Source: Octopus sinensis (lineage: Eukaryota). From it: 21,780 bases of DNA. The first letter of the stretch is position 1; each line of letters opens with the position of its first letter. Below are positions 9,541-20,447 of this stretch, in pieces. Position numbers and translations under genes: made by a program. The stretch lies in NCBI RefSeq assembly GCF_006345805.1, contig NW_021823659.1:1-21780 (forward strand), given 5' to 3'. Under the pieces are notes generated by a model. The model searched no databases. It saw only the letters and a program-made list of their open reading frames with translations, and had not been told where the DNA came from.

Positions 9541-10751
9541 ACTTCATAAAGCAGAGTTTTGGTCATGACCATACCGAATTTTTAGGGTTATATCTCGGAC
9601 TACATTTGCTAACGTACCATTATTCTTTAAAAAACTAACTCTGTGTGTGACTAATTTGGTAGCTATCAATTAGAGTGAATGAGTTTGTAAAGACCCCCAG
9701 TTCTTGGGAGCGGAATGCCATTAATCATAAATTGGCACCCGTTACTATTTTAAAAGATAATGAATCATAGATAATAGAACTCTTAATTATTCGTGGTAAA
9801 CCCAGTTGTGTCCGTGTGCAATAGAGCGTTGTCTAATTCACATATAAATGAAAACAGCTCTCCATTCCATTTTGAGAATGTTTTGTAATAGATTATGATA
9901 CTGTGACATTTCTACATATATTAATGGTTATTTATGTCAGTGCTATCAGTAATGCATCACATCCAATTTTTACTGAAGAATAGATGAAAGCATATATTAC
10001 ATGGAATTGGTGAATGATCACACAGATGCAAAATATCAGTGCCGAAATTCCAACTTTGGTAAACATTTGGAATAGTTTTCTCATCCAAAAATTAGATATA
10101 GAAATCTTCAGAATAAAACAAACCATAATCAACAACATGTATTCTAATAGACTAAAAGAAGAAACAAATATATAAGTATATATATGATATTGTATTCTAT
10201 TTAATTGCATTTACAAAACAGGTACATAGAATGCAATATTAGGCCTCAAACCTATTAAAAAATACAGAAGCTATACATACATACTGGATATTTTAAAAAT
10301 GAAACACATATTAACAAAAGAAGAAATTAACATTATCGGAAACATCGTAAAACAAAACACAAGAGCCATTGCGCCTAACGACAACGTTAACACTAATGAT
10401 GTTCTACAAAACACTGAAATGAAAAGCTTTGTTATTAATAGTAAACCAGACTCATGTAAACCTGTGAGCAACCTGCTAATGGCCAATATGTTTTTGGAAA
10501 TCCAATCGCAAACATACAAATAGTAATTTAGTTATTATACTTTCTCTGGTTCATCATATACTCACTGTATGAAGCAATAACGATGCACTGCACTATACAA
10601 AACTAGGGAGAAAACTGCTATGAGTCAATACATTTATAATCCTAAAAGAATTCTACATAAAAAGTTTATGGTGAATGACAAAATAAACTAGACCCAATGA
10701 AAAATATACATCTGAATGTTGATATAAATTTAACAGCTGATATCTAAATTC

Positions 10752-11356
10752 GTATTTCTTTATTGCCCACATGGGGCTAATCACAGAGGGGACAAACAAG
10801 GACAGACAAAGGGATTAAGTCAATTACATCGACTCTAGTGTGTAACTGGTACTTAATTCATAGAGCTCGAAAGGATGAAAGGCAAAGTCAACCTCGACGG
10901 AATTTGAACTCAAAACGCAACGGCAGACGAAATACCTATTTCTTTACTGCCCACAAGGGGGTAGACACAGAGGGGGACAAACAAGGACAGACAGACGGAT
11001 TAAGTCGATTCTATCGCCCCCAGTGCGTAACTGGTACTTAATTTATCGACCCCGAAAGGATGAAAGACAAAGTCGACCTCGGCGGAATTTGAACTCAGAA
11101 CGTAGCGGCAGACGGAATACCTATTTCTTTACTATTCACAAGGAGCTAAACACAGATGGGACAAACAAGGACAGACAAACGGATTAAGTCGATTATATCG
11201 CCCCCAGTGCGTAACTGGTACTTAATTTATCGACCCCGAAAGGATGAAAGCAAAGTCGACCTCAGCGGAATTTGAACTCAGAACGTAGCGGCAGACGAAA
11301 TACCGCTAGAAATTTCGCTTGGCGTGCTAACGTTTCTGCCAGCTCGCCGCCTTATT
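10752..11356 (-). mobile_element. Head-to-tail trimer of a tRNA-derived SINE (Nin-like body): one full unit plus two units lacking the A-box half
   Basis: Units 10752-10936, 10937-11121 and 11122-11304, plus head 11305-11354. Minus-strand A-box-like TGGCAGAAACG and B-box-like GAGTTCAAATTCC. 15-bp direct repeat CTGATATCTAAATTC at 10737-10751 and 11357-11371. Confidence 0.92.
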
Positions 11357-12127
11357 CTGATATCTAAATTCTGCCAGTAATATAGCTGCATCAGCCACGT
11401 TGGCCCTACCAGCAATAAAGAGGTAGTATCAAAATGCAACCTCTGTGTTTAAAGATGAGAGTATGAATTTCTAGAAATATTCAAGAGGAATTTAACACTT
11501 TACCATACAATTAACACAACCGATAAATTAATATTGAAGATGTTTCTCGTTTTTGCAGCATCACTGACTAAGCTAAGAGTTGTATGAAAAATAAAATTTT
11601 TGGGTTCCCAGTATCGATTTGCTGATAATGCAGTTACTACTAGGAAATAATCATAACAATAAATCAATATACACCATTGTGACTCGAAGAAATATTTCAC
11701 AACCACGCAGAATTTTAAATTAATCGGAGGCATTTGGTCCCCCGCCACCCAGAATTACGCTAAAACAAAAGAGATCGCAAAATACTTTGCGTAAGTCACA
11801 TCAGCCGCAACTACATAATGACAATGATTAATGGTTCAGTAATTTATGGAAATATCATCGTCATTATTGTTGTCACTGGGTGTATAATTTAACTCATAGC
11901 AGCAAATGTGCTCTTTTGATTTAAAAAAACCCCAGTTTCCAGAACACTTAAACCTTTGCCATGTTAAACCTTAAATCCTAAAGGCAAACCTCGACAATTT
12001 CTGAACTACATTCAAACGAATCCTACATTGCTAAATAATAATTTTATGTAGGGTGTTCAAGTGCTGGAAGCACCCTTAATCTTTTTATGTTTATTGCTGA
12101 TAAAATAAAATAAAGAAAAAACACTAG

Positions 12128-12520
12128 AAGTGGCTTTGTGATAAGTAGCTTGCTTACTAACCACATGGTTCCGGGTTCAGTCCCACTGCGTGGCACCTTG
12201 GGCAAGTGTCTTCTACTATAGCCGCAGGCCAACTAATGCCTTGTGTGTGGATTTGGTAGACGGAAACTGAAAGAAGCCTGTCGTATATATGTATATATAT
12301 ATATATGTATGTGTGTGTATGTTTGTGTGTCTGTGTTTGTCCCCCTAGCATTGCTGGTGTGTTTGCGTCCCCGTAACTTAGCGGTTCGGCAAAAGAGACC
12401 GATAGAATAAGTACTGGGTTTACAAAGAATAAGTCCCGGGGTCGAGTTGCTCGATTAAAGGCGGTGCTCCAGCATGGCCGCAGTCAAATGACAGAAACAA
12501 GTAAAAGAGAGTAAAGAGAG
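12128..12520 (+). mobile_element. tRNA-derived SINE with CORE-like segment, internal TA/TG microsatellite and LINE-like tail (probably octopus OK-type; name from recall)
   Basis: B-box GGTTCAGTCCC at about 12175-12184, CORE-like GGCACCTTGGGCAAGTGTCTT, tail GGTGCTCCAGCATGGCCGCAGTCAAATGAC, A-rich end. Confidence 0.9.
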
Positions 12521-13149
12521 TCTCATTTGGAGCTGACATTACAACGTTCAGAATTGCTAAGCCTATACTGACTATAGACACAATACCGTATAAGCTGGAG
12601 CTCATCACAAATCTTAATATATTAAGTTTCTTTCGCAACATGTATAGCAGCTACAATAGCTGGGTATGTGGGTTTTTTCGAATATTCTCCGGTTTCCAAA
12701 AGTAATGGGAATGGTTTTATTTCCTTGGTTGGTTTAACTTCCAAGATTTCGGTTTCTTCTTATTTTCGAAATTGTGTTAAGAACCCAAGTATTTCAAGAA
12801 AAAACTAATTCTATAATTTTCAAGAACGCACTTGAAATGAAATACTTACATGTACTTAGTCCCCGTGACAGTTAATAGAATTGAATTAGGTATATATATA
12901 TATATATATAATTTACGCAGTTAGATTTGAGACCCTGTATGTAGTGCAATGCATTATTCACCGGAGTGCTGAAAAGATGTAGAAAAACAATTTCGTTTCT
13001 AAGATTAAAGAGAACTTTTTGTGAGAAATGCCATAGCGTTCTAGTAAACCGAATATGTCTTCGTTAAGAGCAATTCTATGCCATATCTTCTAACCAGGTC
13101 ACCGACGTGTATTTTGCCGAGTACAGATATATATATATATATATATATA

Positions 13150-15711
13150 TGATGCTCCCAGGGATGACACACCATCAGCAGGCACAGGTGGAGTCCCTGC
13201 TCCATCTCACAAATACCTCTTTCATGGAGCAAATAGTTCTGCAACCAACAAGGGCAGATAATATACTGGATCTCTGCTTTACAAACAATATGGATATTAT
13301 CCATAATGTTAATGTGATGCCGACAATGATCTCGGATCACAACATAATAGAGCTGTCTATGTATGGAACAAAAGCCCCCGCAGACACACAGCCTATACGA
13401 AGCACCCACCATCTCTCCAACTTAAACTTTCATAAAGCCAACTGGAAGTCGATTGAGAAAGAGATCCTCAAACAGGATTGGCCTGAATGTCTCTCCACAC
13501 CGGACATAAACATGAAACACAACACTTCATGTCCATAATACAAGCCATATGTGACAAATATGTCCCAATGTGCAGGGCCAGCACACACAAGAATAAAAAC
13601 AGGATCCCTAGAGAAAGGAGGATTCTTATGAGACGACGGACAAGGATTGCAACCGCCTGAGCAAGCACACCAAAAGTGGTGAGAAGTCTCGGATCGAAAG
13701 AATGCTAATGGAAACTGAGAAAAGTCTACATCAGTCCCATGAAAAGGAGAGAGCAGATAAAGAACTTGGGTAATAGAAAATATAAAATCAAACCCTAAAG
13801 CTTTCTTTAAGTTTGCCAAAGAGACAGCCACAGTGCACCAGAGAATAATAGGACCTTCTTCCAAAAAGATGGCTCTCTCACAGGAAATCCCACGAGGATA
13901 AGTGAAATACTGAATGAACAGTTCCAAAGTGTGTTCACTACACCTCTAGGACACAGGCAAGTAAACAACCCAGAAGAATTCTTTGCCACTTTACCAGCGG
14001 CCAAAGAGACAAAAATTGAGTACATCAACATCGAAGAAGATGATATCACACTAGCCATTGATGAGATTGACACAAACTCAGCTGCTGGATCTGATGGATT
14101 CCCAGCGATCCTTCTCAAATCGTGCAACGAGCCCTTGCAAAACCGCTACAGCTTCTTTTTTAGAGCTTTCTTGCAAGTGGTAAGCTCCCAGTCAAACTGA
14201 AAGAGGGGTAATATGCCCTATCCATAAGGGAGGTAGCAGAGCAGATGCTAAAATTATAGGCCTATCTCTCTGACCTCACACATCAGCAAAGTCATGGAAC
14301 GAATAGTCCGTAAAACTAATCATGTTCCTTGAAGAAAATGACTTACTGTCTGACACCCAGCATGGATTTCGACCAGGTAGAGGCTGCTTAACACAGCTCC
14401 TGCAACACTATGACTGGGTGTTGAAACAGCTACTAAATGGCTCAAATTGGATGTAATATATCTTGACTTTGCAAAAGCCTTTGATAAAGTCGACCATGGT
14501 ATGATCTGTCACAAACTGCGTGGTCTCGGCATAGGCGGGAAACTTGGAGAGTGGCTGCACAACTTCCTAAAAGACAGAAAACAGGCAGTTGTGAGCCATG
14601 GACCACCTCCAGGGAAACGCAAATAACAGCGGTGTCCCACAGGGCACTGTCTTGGGGCCACTGATGTTCATAGTGGCCCTTTCAGACATGCCTTCAGTGC
14701 ACGATGACCACCCTTGCTAGCTATGCAGATGACACAAAGGTCTCCCACGCAATACAGAACCCTGAAAATATTGCGCATCTGCACATGAGCTGGACACAAT
14801 ATACAGGTGGGCTGAGGACAACAACATGCAGTTTAATGCAGGTAAGTTCCAGGCCCTGCGCTACTGGCACACAAAGGTAAATGACGTGAAGACTGGATAC
14901 ACTGGCCCAGGAAGAATTGCAATCCCTGAGTCAAAATCAGTGCGTGAACCTGGGCATTGACATGAGCAATGATGCATCTTTCCAAATGCATATTGCTAAT
15001 CTGGTGATAAAATGCAGACGGCTAGCTGGATGGATTCTCCGAACTTTCAGAACAAGAGAGAAGAGACACTGATGGTCCTATGGAAAACATTTGTCCTCAG
15101 CCGCTTGGACTACTGCTCCCAACTTTGGTCACCACACAATATAAAACAACACAGAACTCGAAGCAACTCAGAGAAGCTACACAGAAAATCGTCTCAATGC
15201 AAAATGTCAGCTACTGGGAAAGACTGAAGGTATTAACCTCTTCTCCCTGGAGCGGAGGCGGGAGAGATATGCAGTAATATACATCTGGAAAATCCTGGAG
15301 GGTCTTATCCCAAACTTTGGCATTCAAAGTTACTCCAACCGCAGAACGGGCGCCGCTGCGTGGTGCCAAGGATTCCAACATCACCATCAAAATACAGGTC
15401 CAGATACTGCACAGCTTGGGTTTCAGAGGACCCAGCTTTTCAACATCCTCCTCCCTAAATGCCTGAGAGACTTACATGGTGTGGATGTGGGTTTCTTTAA
15501 AACTAAACTGGATCTCTTCTTGTTGGGAGTCCGATGAACCTACCTCACGACAGAGACACGGATGCGGGCAGCAGCATCGAACTCCTAACTTGTTGATCAA
15601 GTGCCACGTATCAGAGGTGGATTCACAAACTAGTGTGGCTCATTCAGCGTGGTGCCCCAGCATGGCCGGCGGCCTTCGGGCTAAAACATTTTTAAGGATT
15701 TAAGGATTTAA

Positions 15712-15715
<4 letters not shown>
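13150..15715 (+). mobile_element. 5'-truncated CR1/L2-group LINE: APE C-terminal half, reverse transcriptase, C-terminus and 3' tail; frameshifted
   Basis: PTRADNILDLCFTN..SDHNII; SAAGSDG; NYRPISLTSHISKVME; QHGFRPGR; YLDFAKAFDKV (about 14455-14490); GVPQGTVLGP (14631-14660); YADD (14722-14733); YCSQLWSP; YWERL. Ends in a (TTTAAGGA)n repeat at 15691-15715. (TA)n on both sides. Confidence 0.93.
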
Positions 15716-15755
<40 letters not shown>

Positions 15756-15791
15756 ATATATATATATATGTATGTATATGTATATATATAT

Positions 15792-15845
15792 GTTTATGAT
15801 TTTCACTATTTGATTTGCCTAATAGTGGTTTTATCTCTAATTTAA
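15792..15845. repeat. Fragment of a dispersed repeat also present at 21513-21617
   Basis: 29-bp identity TTGCCTAATAGTGGTTTTATCTCTAATTT at 15815-15843 and 21513-21541; both copies lie next to microsatellites. Confidence 0.75.
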
Positions 15846-16739
15846 TATAATATATATGCATGTATATATACAGATATATATATATATATACATACATATA
15901 TATATAATATTAGTTAATGTGTATACGTTTATATATATATATATATGTATGTATATATTTAAAAAATTTGAATGCGAATTCATCCTTCTATTGGAGTAAT
16001 TTTCAAAGGATTTCTAACGTTGTTTCTTCGTTTCTTCATATTTTACTTTCGAATTTACAAGTGTAAATTATTATAGATATGAAAAGTTATACAGATATAT
16101 TACGTATATGAATTAACCCCTGAAACAGAGTTCAACAAATTATTTCATATTTATGTTAAATGGAGGAGATTAGAAGTTGATATGGATGATAATTTTTTTT
16201 TATTTATGTAGCTGTACAATTGTTTCTTACTGAAAGACAAGAAATTCATCTGAGTTGTCAAAAAGTACTCGGCAGTAGCCCCCCCCCCAAAGAAGCTAAA
16301 AGGACGTAAGAGTTACATAGGTATAGTGTTATTACTAATTTTAGAGTCATGTTTATTTAATCAAGACTCAAAGATAAAACTTGGGTGCTGATATATATAA
16401 TAATAAGGTTAACATTCTCTCTATAAATTTCTATATAAGAACTAATCTAAAATTCCCATATGTGAAGTAAAAAAACTAGTAAGGCTGTATCTTTGAGGAA
16501 AAGTCCACCCAAATAAGGAAGTACAGAATTTTGAAATACAGGCGATTAAGACTTATATCTAACTGTCAATAATCAACAAGGCGTAATAACTAATTAGACA
16601 AAAATGTTTAATAGTTAGTGATCAATAATGGTTTCTGGTTTATAAAATTTATAATTAAATTGTTTTTGTAAATAATATGTCTAATTTTTATAGAAAAAAT
16701 TAATATTACGGAATTTAGGCAAACGTGTAGAAAAATATT

Positions 16740-16932
16740 TATTTCCTTATTGCCCACAGGTGGCGAAACATAGAGGGGACAAACAAGGACAGATAAAGGG
16801 ATTAAGTCGATTACATCGACTCCAGTACGTAACTGGTACTTATTTAATCGACCCCGAAAAGATGACAGGCAAAGTCGGCCTCGGTGGAATTTGAACTCAG
16901 AACGTAACGACAGACGAAATACCGCTAAACAT
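16740..16932 (-). mobile_element. Single 5'-truncated copy of the SINE seen as a trimer at 10752-11356
   Basis: Colinear with the trimer unit (GGACAAACAAGGACAG..TTAAGTCGATT..GAATTTGAACTCAGAACGT..GAAATACCGCTA). Confidence 0.9.
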
Positions 16933-17193
16933 ACAGCATAAAGCATACAACATAAGGAATATTCCCCTTCTTCAGTTGTCCCTGTTTCAACTACTCCACG
17001 TTTCGTAGGCAAGGACAAGACGCGACTTCGTTGAAACAGTCCTTCCCACAAAGCAAATTAAATAAAATTTGAGTTTTTTGCGGAGGGTGAAAGTGGTAAC
17101 AAGAACAGGACAGTGAGAACAAAACAGTAAAATCAATAAAAAAGTAAAAACAGTAAAAGACAGAACAAGGACAACAAAAGAGTAAAAATTTTG

Positions 17194-17303
17194 TCATCAT
17201 ATCGGGGCGATAAAAAACCCGTACCAGTTGAGATTTCAGGTCGATGTAATCGGCTAAGCTCTACCCCCACCTCGAAACTGCTGGCCTTGTGCTGAAATCA
17301 GGA
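17194..17303 (+). mobile_element. 3' fragment of a Nin-like SINE with the alternative tail
   Basis: TCGGGGCGATAAA..GTACCAGTTGAG..GGTCGATGTAATCG..GCTGGCCTTGTGC, running into (ATT)n. Confidence 0.7.

Positions 17304-17306
<3 letters not shown>

Positions 17307-17391
<85 letters not shown>
17307..17391. repeat. (ATT)n microsatellite, serving as the tail of both neighbouring elements
   Basis: Direct reading. ORF 17289..17510 (poly-Y) is an artefact. Confidence 0.97.
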
Positions 17392-17808
17392 TTATGCTTG
17401 ACTTTTGCTTTACATTTGTACAAGTTGGCTCCAAGTCTCACCTCAAGAGACAACAAGTTGGAAGTTCATGTGTTATACCTTGGGTGCCATATATTTGGTT
17501 TTGTACTTAGTGTTGTACTAGTGAATGTCTAAAAAAACAAGCGAAAATTATGTTTATTTTAAAACTTAAGATTACATAGAAAGTATTTTGCGTAGGATAT
17601 GAGCAGTTCCCATGAGCACTATCTTTTGAATTTCTGCCATTTTGGGGTTTCCTGGTATCTGGGTTAGGTAGCAATCTGCCCCTTTCGCTATCATTCCCAA
17701 GGCACCTATGACAACAGGTATTCTTTTAGTCGTCAGGTTCCACATTTTGCTGATTTCTATTTCAAGATCTTAAATATTTGCTCAGTTTTTGGTAGGTCTT
17801 AACAGATG
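17392..17808 (-). mobile_element. 5'-truncated R4/Dong-clade LINE 3' end (restriction-like endonuclease C-terminus, 3' UTR, (TAA)n tail)
   Basis: Minus strand, with one frameshift: SVKTYQKLSKY/DLEIEISKMWNLTTKRIPVVIGALGMIAKGADCYLTQIPGNPKMAEIQKIVLMGTAHILRKILSM*, stop at 17574-17572. The KY..L and PVVIGALG..GTAHILR motifs are typical of R4/Dong. Confidence 0.88.
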
Positions 17809-17881
17809 TTGTTGTTGTTGTTATTCTTCTTCTTCTCTTCTTCTTCTTCTTCTTCTTCTTCTTCTTCTTCTTCTTCTTCTT

Positions 17882-17948
<67 letters not shown>

Positions 17949-17960
17949 GTTATTATTATT
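17808..17960. repeat. Compound microsatellite (GTT)n-(TTC)n-(TTA)n
   Basis: Direct reading. Confidence 0.97.
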
Positions 17961-17961
17961 A

Positions 17962-18163
17962 AAGTCGGAGAGATGGCAGAGTCGTTAACACAACCGGCAT
18001 TTCATCCGTCTTTCTGCACTGAGTTCAAATACCGTCACGGTCGACTTCCCCTTTCATTCATTTGGTGTCGATTAAATAAGTGTCAATTGAATACTGGGTC
18101 AATGTATTCGACCTCCTTCCACTCCTCCGGACTTGCTGGCTTTGTGCCAAAATTTGAGACCAA
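17962..18163 (+). mobile_element. Degenerate Nin-like SINE with an internal deletion in the head and the alternative tail
   Basis: GATGGCAGAGTCGTTA..GAGTTCAAATACC..GGTCGACTT..TTTCAT..GTCGATTAAATAAG..TTGCTGGCTTTGTGCCAAAATTTGAGAC. Confidence 0.8.
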
Positions 18164-18954
18164 TATGTTGCAACAGGTCTGAACGTGAATAAATGAATCA
18201 CCGCTGTATCTCATCATTAGAGAAGACCATTTCCTTTCAGACGAATACATGTTCGTAGCTGTCTTGATTCACTGAGACAAGGGCTTTGAGACGGTGCAAT
18301 TTCAACCTTGTTGTATATCTCCTCAGGCAAAATTACCCTGGACCAATAAATCTTGCTTATATAATTAAGCAAACGAATTACTTGCTGCTGCGGGCTTGAA
18401 TCTAACAATAAATAATAAATCGCCATGGGCAGAACAGCGAAGAGTATATTCACGATGGAATCTGCTGGTAAATATAAGAGAATGAATATTCATGCTTCCG
18501 TTTAGATTCGTTGTTCACCTTGCACATGGCAGACATTAGTACATTCCAGTAAATAATTTATTTTCTGAATTCTATAGAAAAGATCCCAAAACTCTTGCTA
18601 GGTGCATTGGTTAAGTGTAGCGTTACCTAAAGACACATATAGCAATGTAGCAACACCGGCGGCTCAAAGTCTCCATATTTCAATGAATCGAATGTGTTAA
18701 GAATACATATTCATTTAGAAAGAGATGCCTTTCTCCAATGACAAAATACAGCAGCGATTAGCATATTCATGTTCGAATCTGCCGGAACTTATAAAGAGCG
18801 AATATGTAAGTCATCGTGTGTGTATACATATATGCATACATACATACATACATAATAAATACAGACATACATATATACATACGTACATACATATATACAT
18901 ACATATCTACATACATACATATCTAAATACATACATATCTACATACATACATAC

Positions 18955-19325
18955 ATATCTTTCATTTTCTTGTTTTACTCCTCAGACGGCAGCCATGCTG
19001 GGGCACTGCCCTGAAGAATTTTACTAGTAAGAATCAACACCAGTACTTATTTTTTTAAAACCTGGTGCTTATTCTATCGGTCTTTGACCGAATCACTAAG
19101 TTACAGGGACGTAAACACACCAGTACCGGTTTTCAAGTAATGGTGAGATACACATACACAAAAGACGGGTTTCTTTCACTCTCGCCTCTCAAATTAACGC
19201 ACAAGGCTTTGGTCGACTTGAGTTATAGCAGAAGATAGCTGCACAAGGTGCCACGCAGTGGGGTTGAACCAAGAACCATGCTGTTGAGGAGCAAAATCCT
19301 TTACCTCACAACCATGTCTGCTCCT
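18955..19325 (-). mobile_element. OK-type SINE, copy A of a tandem duplication
   Basis: Reverse complement of the 12128-12520 family (CAAGGTGCCACGCAGTGGG, CTATCGGTCTTT, CCATGCTGGGGCAC). Confidence 0.9.
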
Positions 19326-19399
19326 ACACATATACACACATAGATATACTTGCATGCATAAACATACAATGCAAACATGCATATACATGAATATATACA

Positions 19400-19433
<34 letters not shown>

Positions 19434-19502
19434 CATACATACATACATACATACATACATACATACATACATACTTACATACATACATATATACATACAT
19501 AC

Positions 19503-19872
19503 ATATCTTTCATTTTCTTGTTTTACTCCTCAGACGGCAGCCATGCTGGGGCACTGCCCTGAAGAATTTTACTAGAAAGAATCAACACCAGTACTTACTT
19601 TTTTAAAACCTGGTACTTATTCTATCGGTCTTTGACCGAACCACTAAGTTACAGGGACGTAAACACACCAGTACCGGTTTTCAAGTAATGGTGAGATACA
19701 CTTACACAAAAGACGGGTTTCTTTCACTCCCGTCTCTTAAATTAACTCACAAGGCTTTGGTTGACCCAAGCTATAGCAGAAGATATCTACCCAAGGCGCC
19801 ACGCAGTGGGGTTGAACCCAGAGCCATGTTGCTGAGAAGCAACATTCTTACCTCGCAACCATGTCTGCTCCT
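19503..19872 (-). mobile_element. OK-type SINE, copy B of a tandem duplication (period about 548 bp, including flank and (ATAC)n)
   Basis: Same family; the unique flank 19326-19395 is also repeated after 19873. Confidence 0.9.
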
Positions 19873-19994
19873 ACACATATACACACACATAGATATACTT
19901 GCATGCATATACATACAATGCAAACATGCATATACATGAATATATACATATACATACATACATACATACATACATACATACATACATACATACA

Positions 19995-20028
<34 letters not shown>

Positions 20029-20050
20029 CATACATACATATATACATAAA

Positions 20051-20137
20051 TTCACACATCAGACGTTAGTTAACCATGAAGTACTTGACAACGACACAGT
20101 CGGTTCTATATATTTGTATATCTCTTCAAAAGATATT
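20051..20137 (+). repeat. 87-bp segment duplicated at 21428-21514
   Basis: 3 mismatches in 87 bp; both copies follow an ATAC-rich tract. Confidence 0.9.
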
Positions 20138-20447
20138 TTCACTTTGTTTTTTACCTTTGAAGAGATAGGGAAATTTATTGAAACAGCTGTACGGTTGCCA
20201 TGTCTTACTTATCTTAACAGAAGAAATGTTGATTCTAGATTTACAACGTGATGAGTAAATTCTAAAGTTATAAGCTTATTCCCTATCTTCTCAAGATTTA
20301 TCAATGAATAAATGCATTACCGTTTATTTCTAATGATTGGGTTTCATCTCGTAAGAGAGAAAGAGGCTTCTAATAAAGATAGAAAGCTCCATTGTTGGAA
20401 TGAAGATAACCAAATTAATATCACATCGTGCACTAGAGAAAGCCTGT

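Noticed and set aside
12420-12641. Hydrophobic minus-strand ORF as a membrane-protein exon
   Set aside because: Half of it is antisense SINE sequence; no recognisable motif or splice support.
18217-18453. GPCR TM7-like peptide (IVNILFAVLPMAIYYLL)
   Set aside because: No NPxxY, an in-frame stop lies shortly upstream, and no splice signals were found; hydrophobicity is expected from AT-rich DNA.
20157-20294. Small MITE from an imperfect inverted repeat (TTGAAGAGATAGGG / CCCTATCTTCTCAA)
   Set aside because: Mismatched termini and no identifiable TSD.
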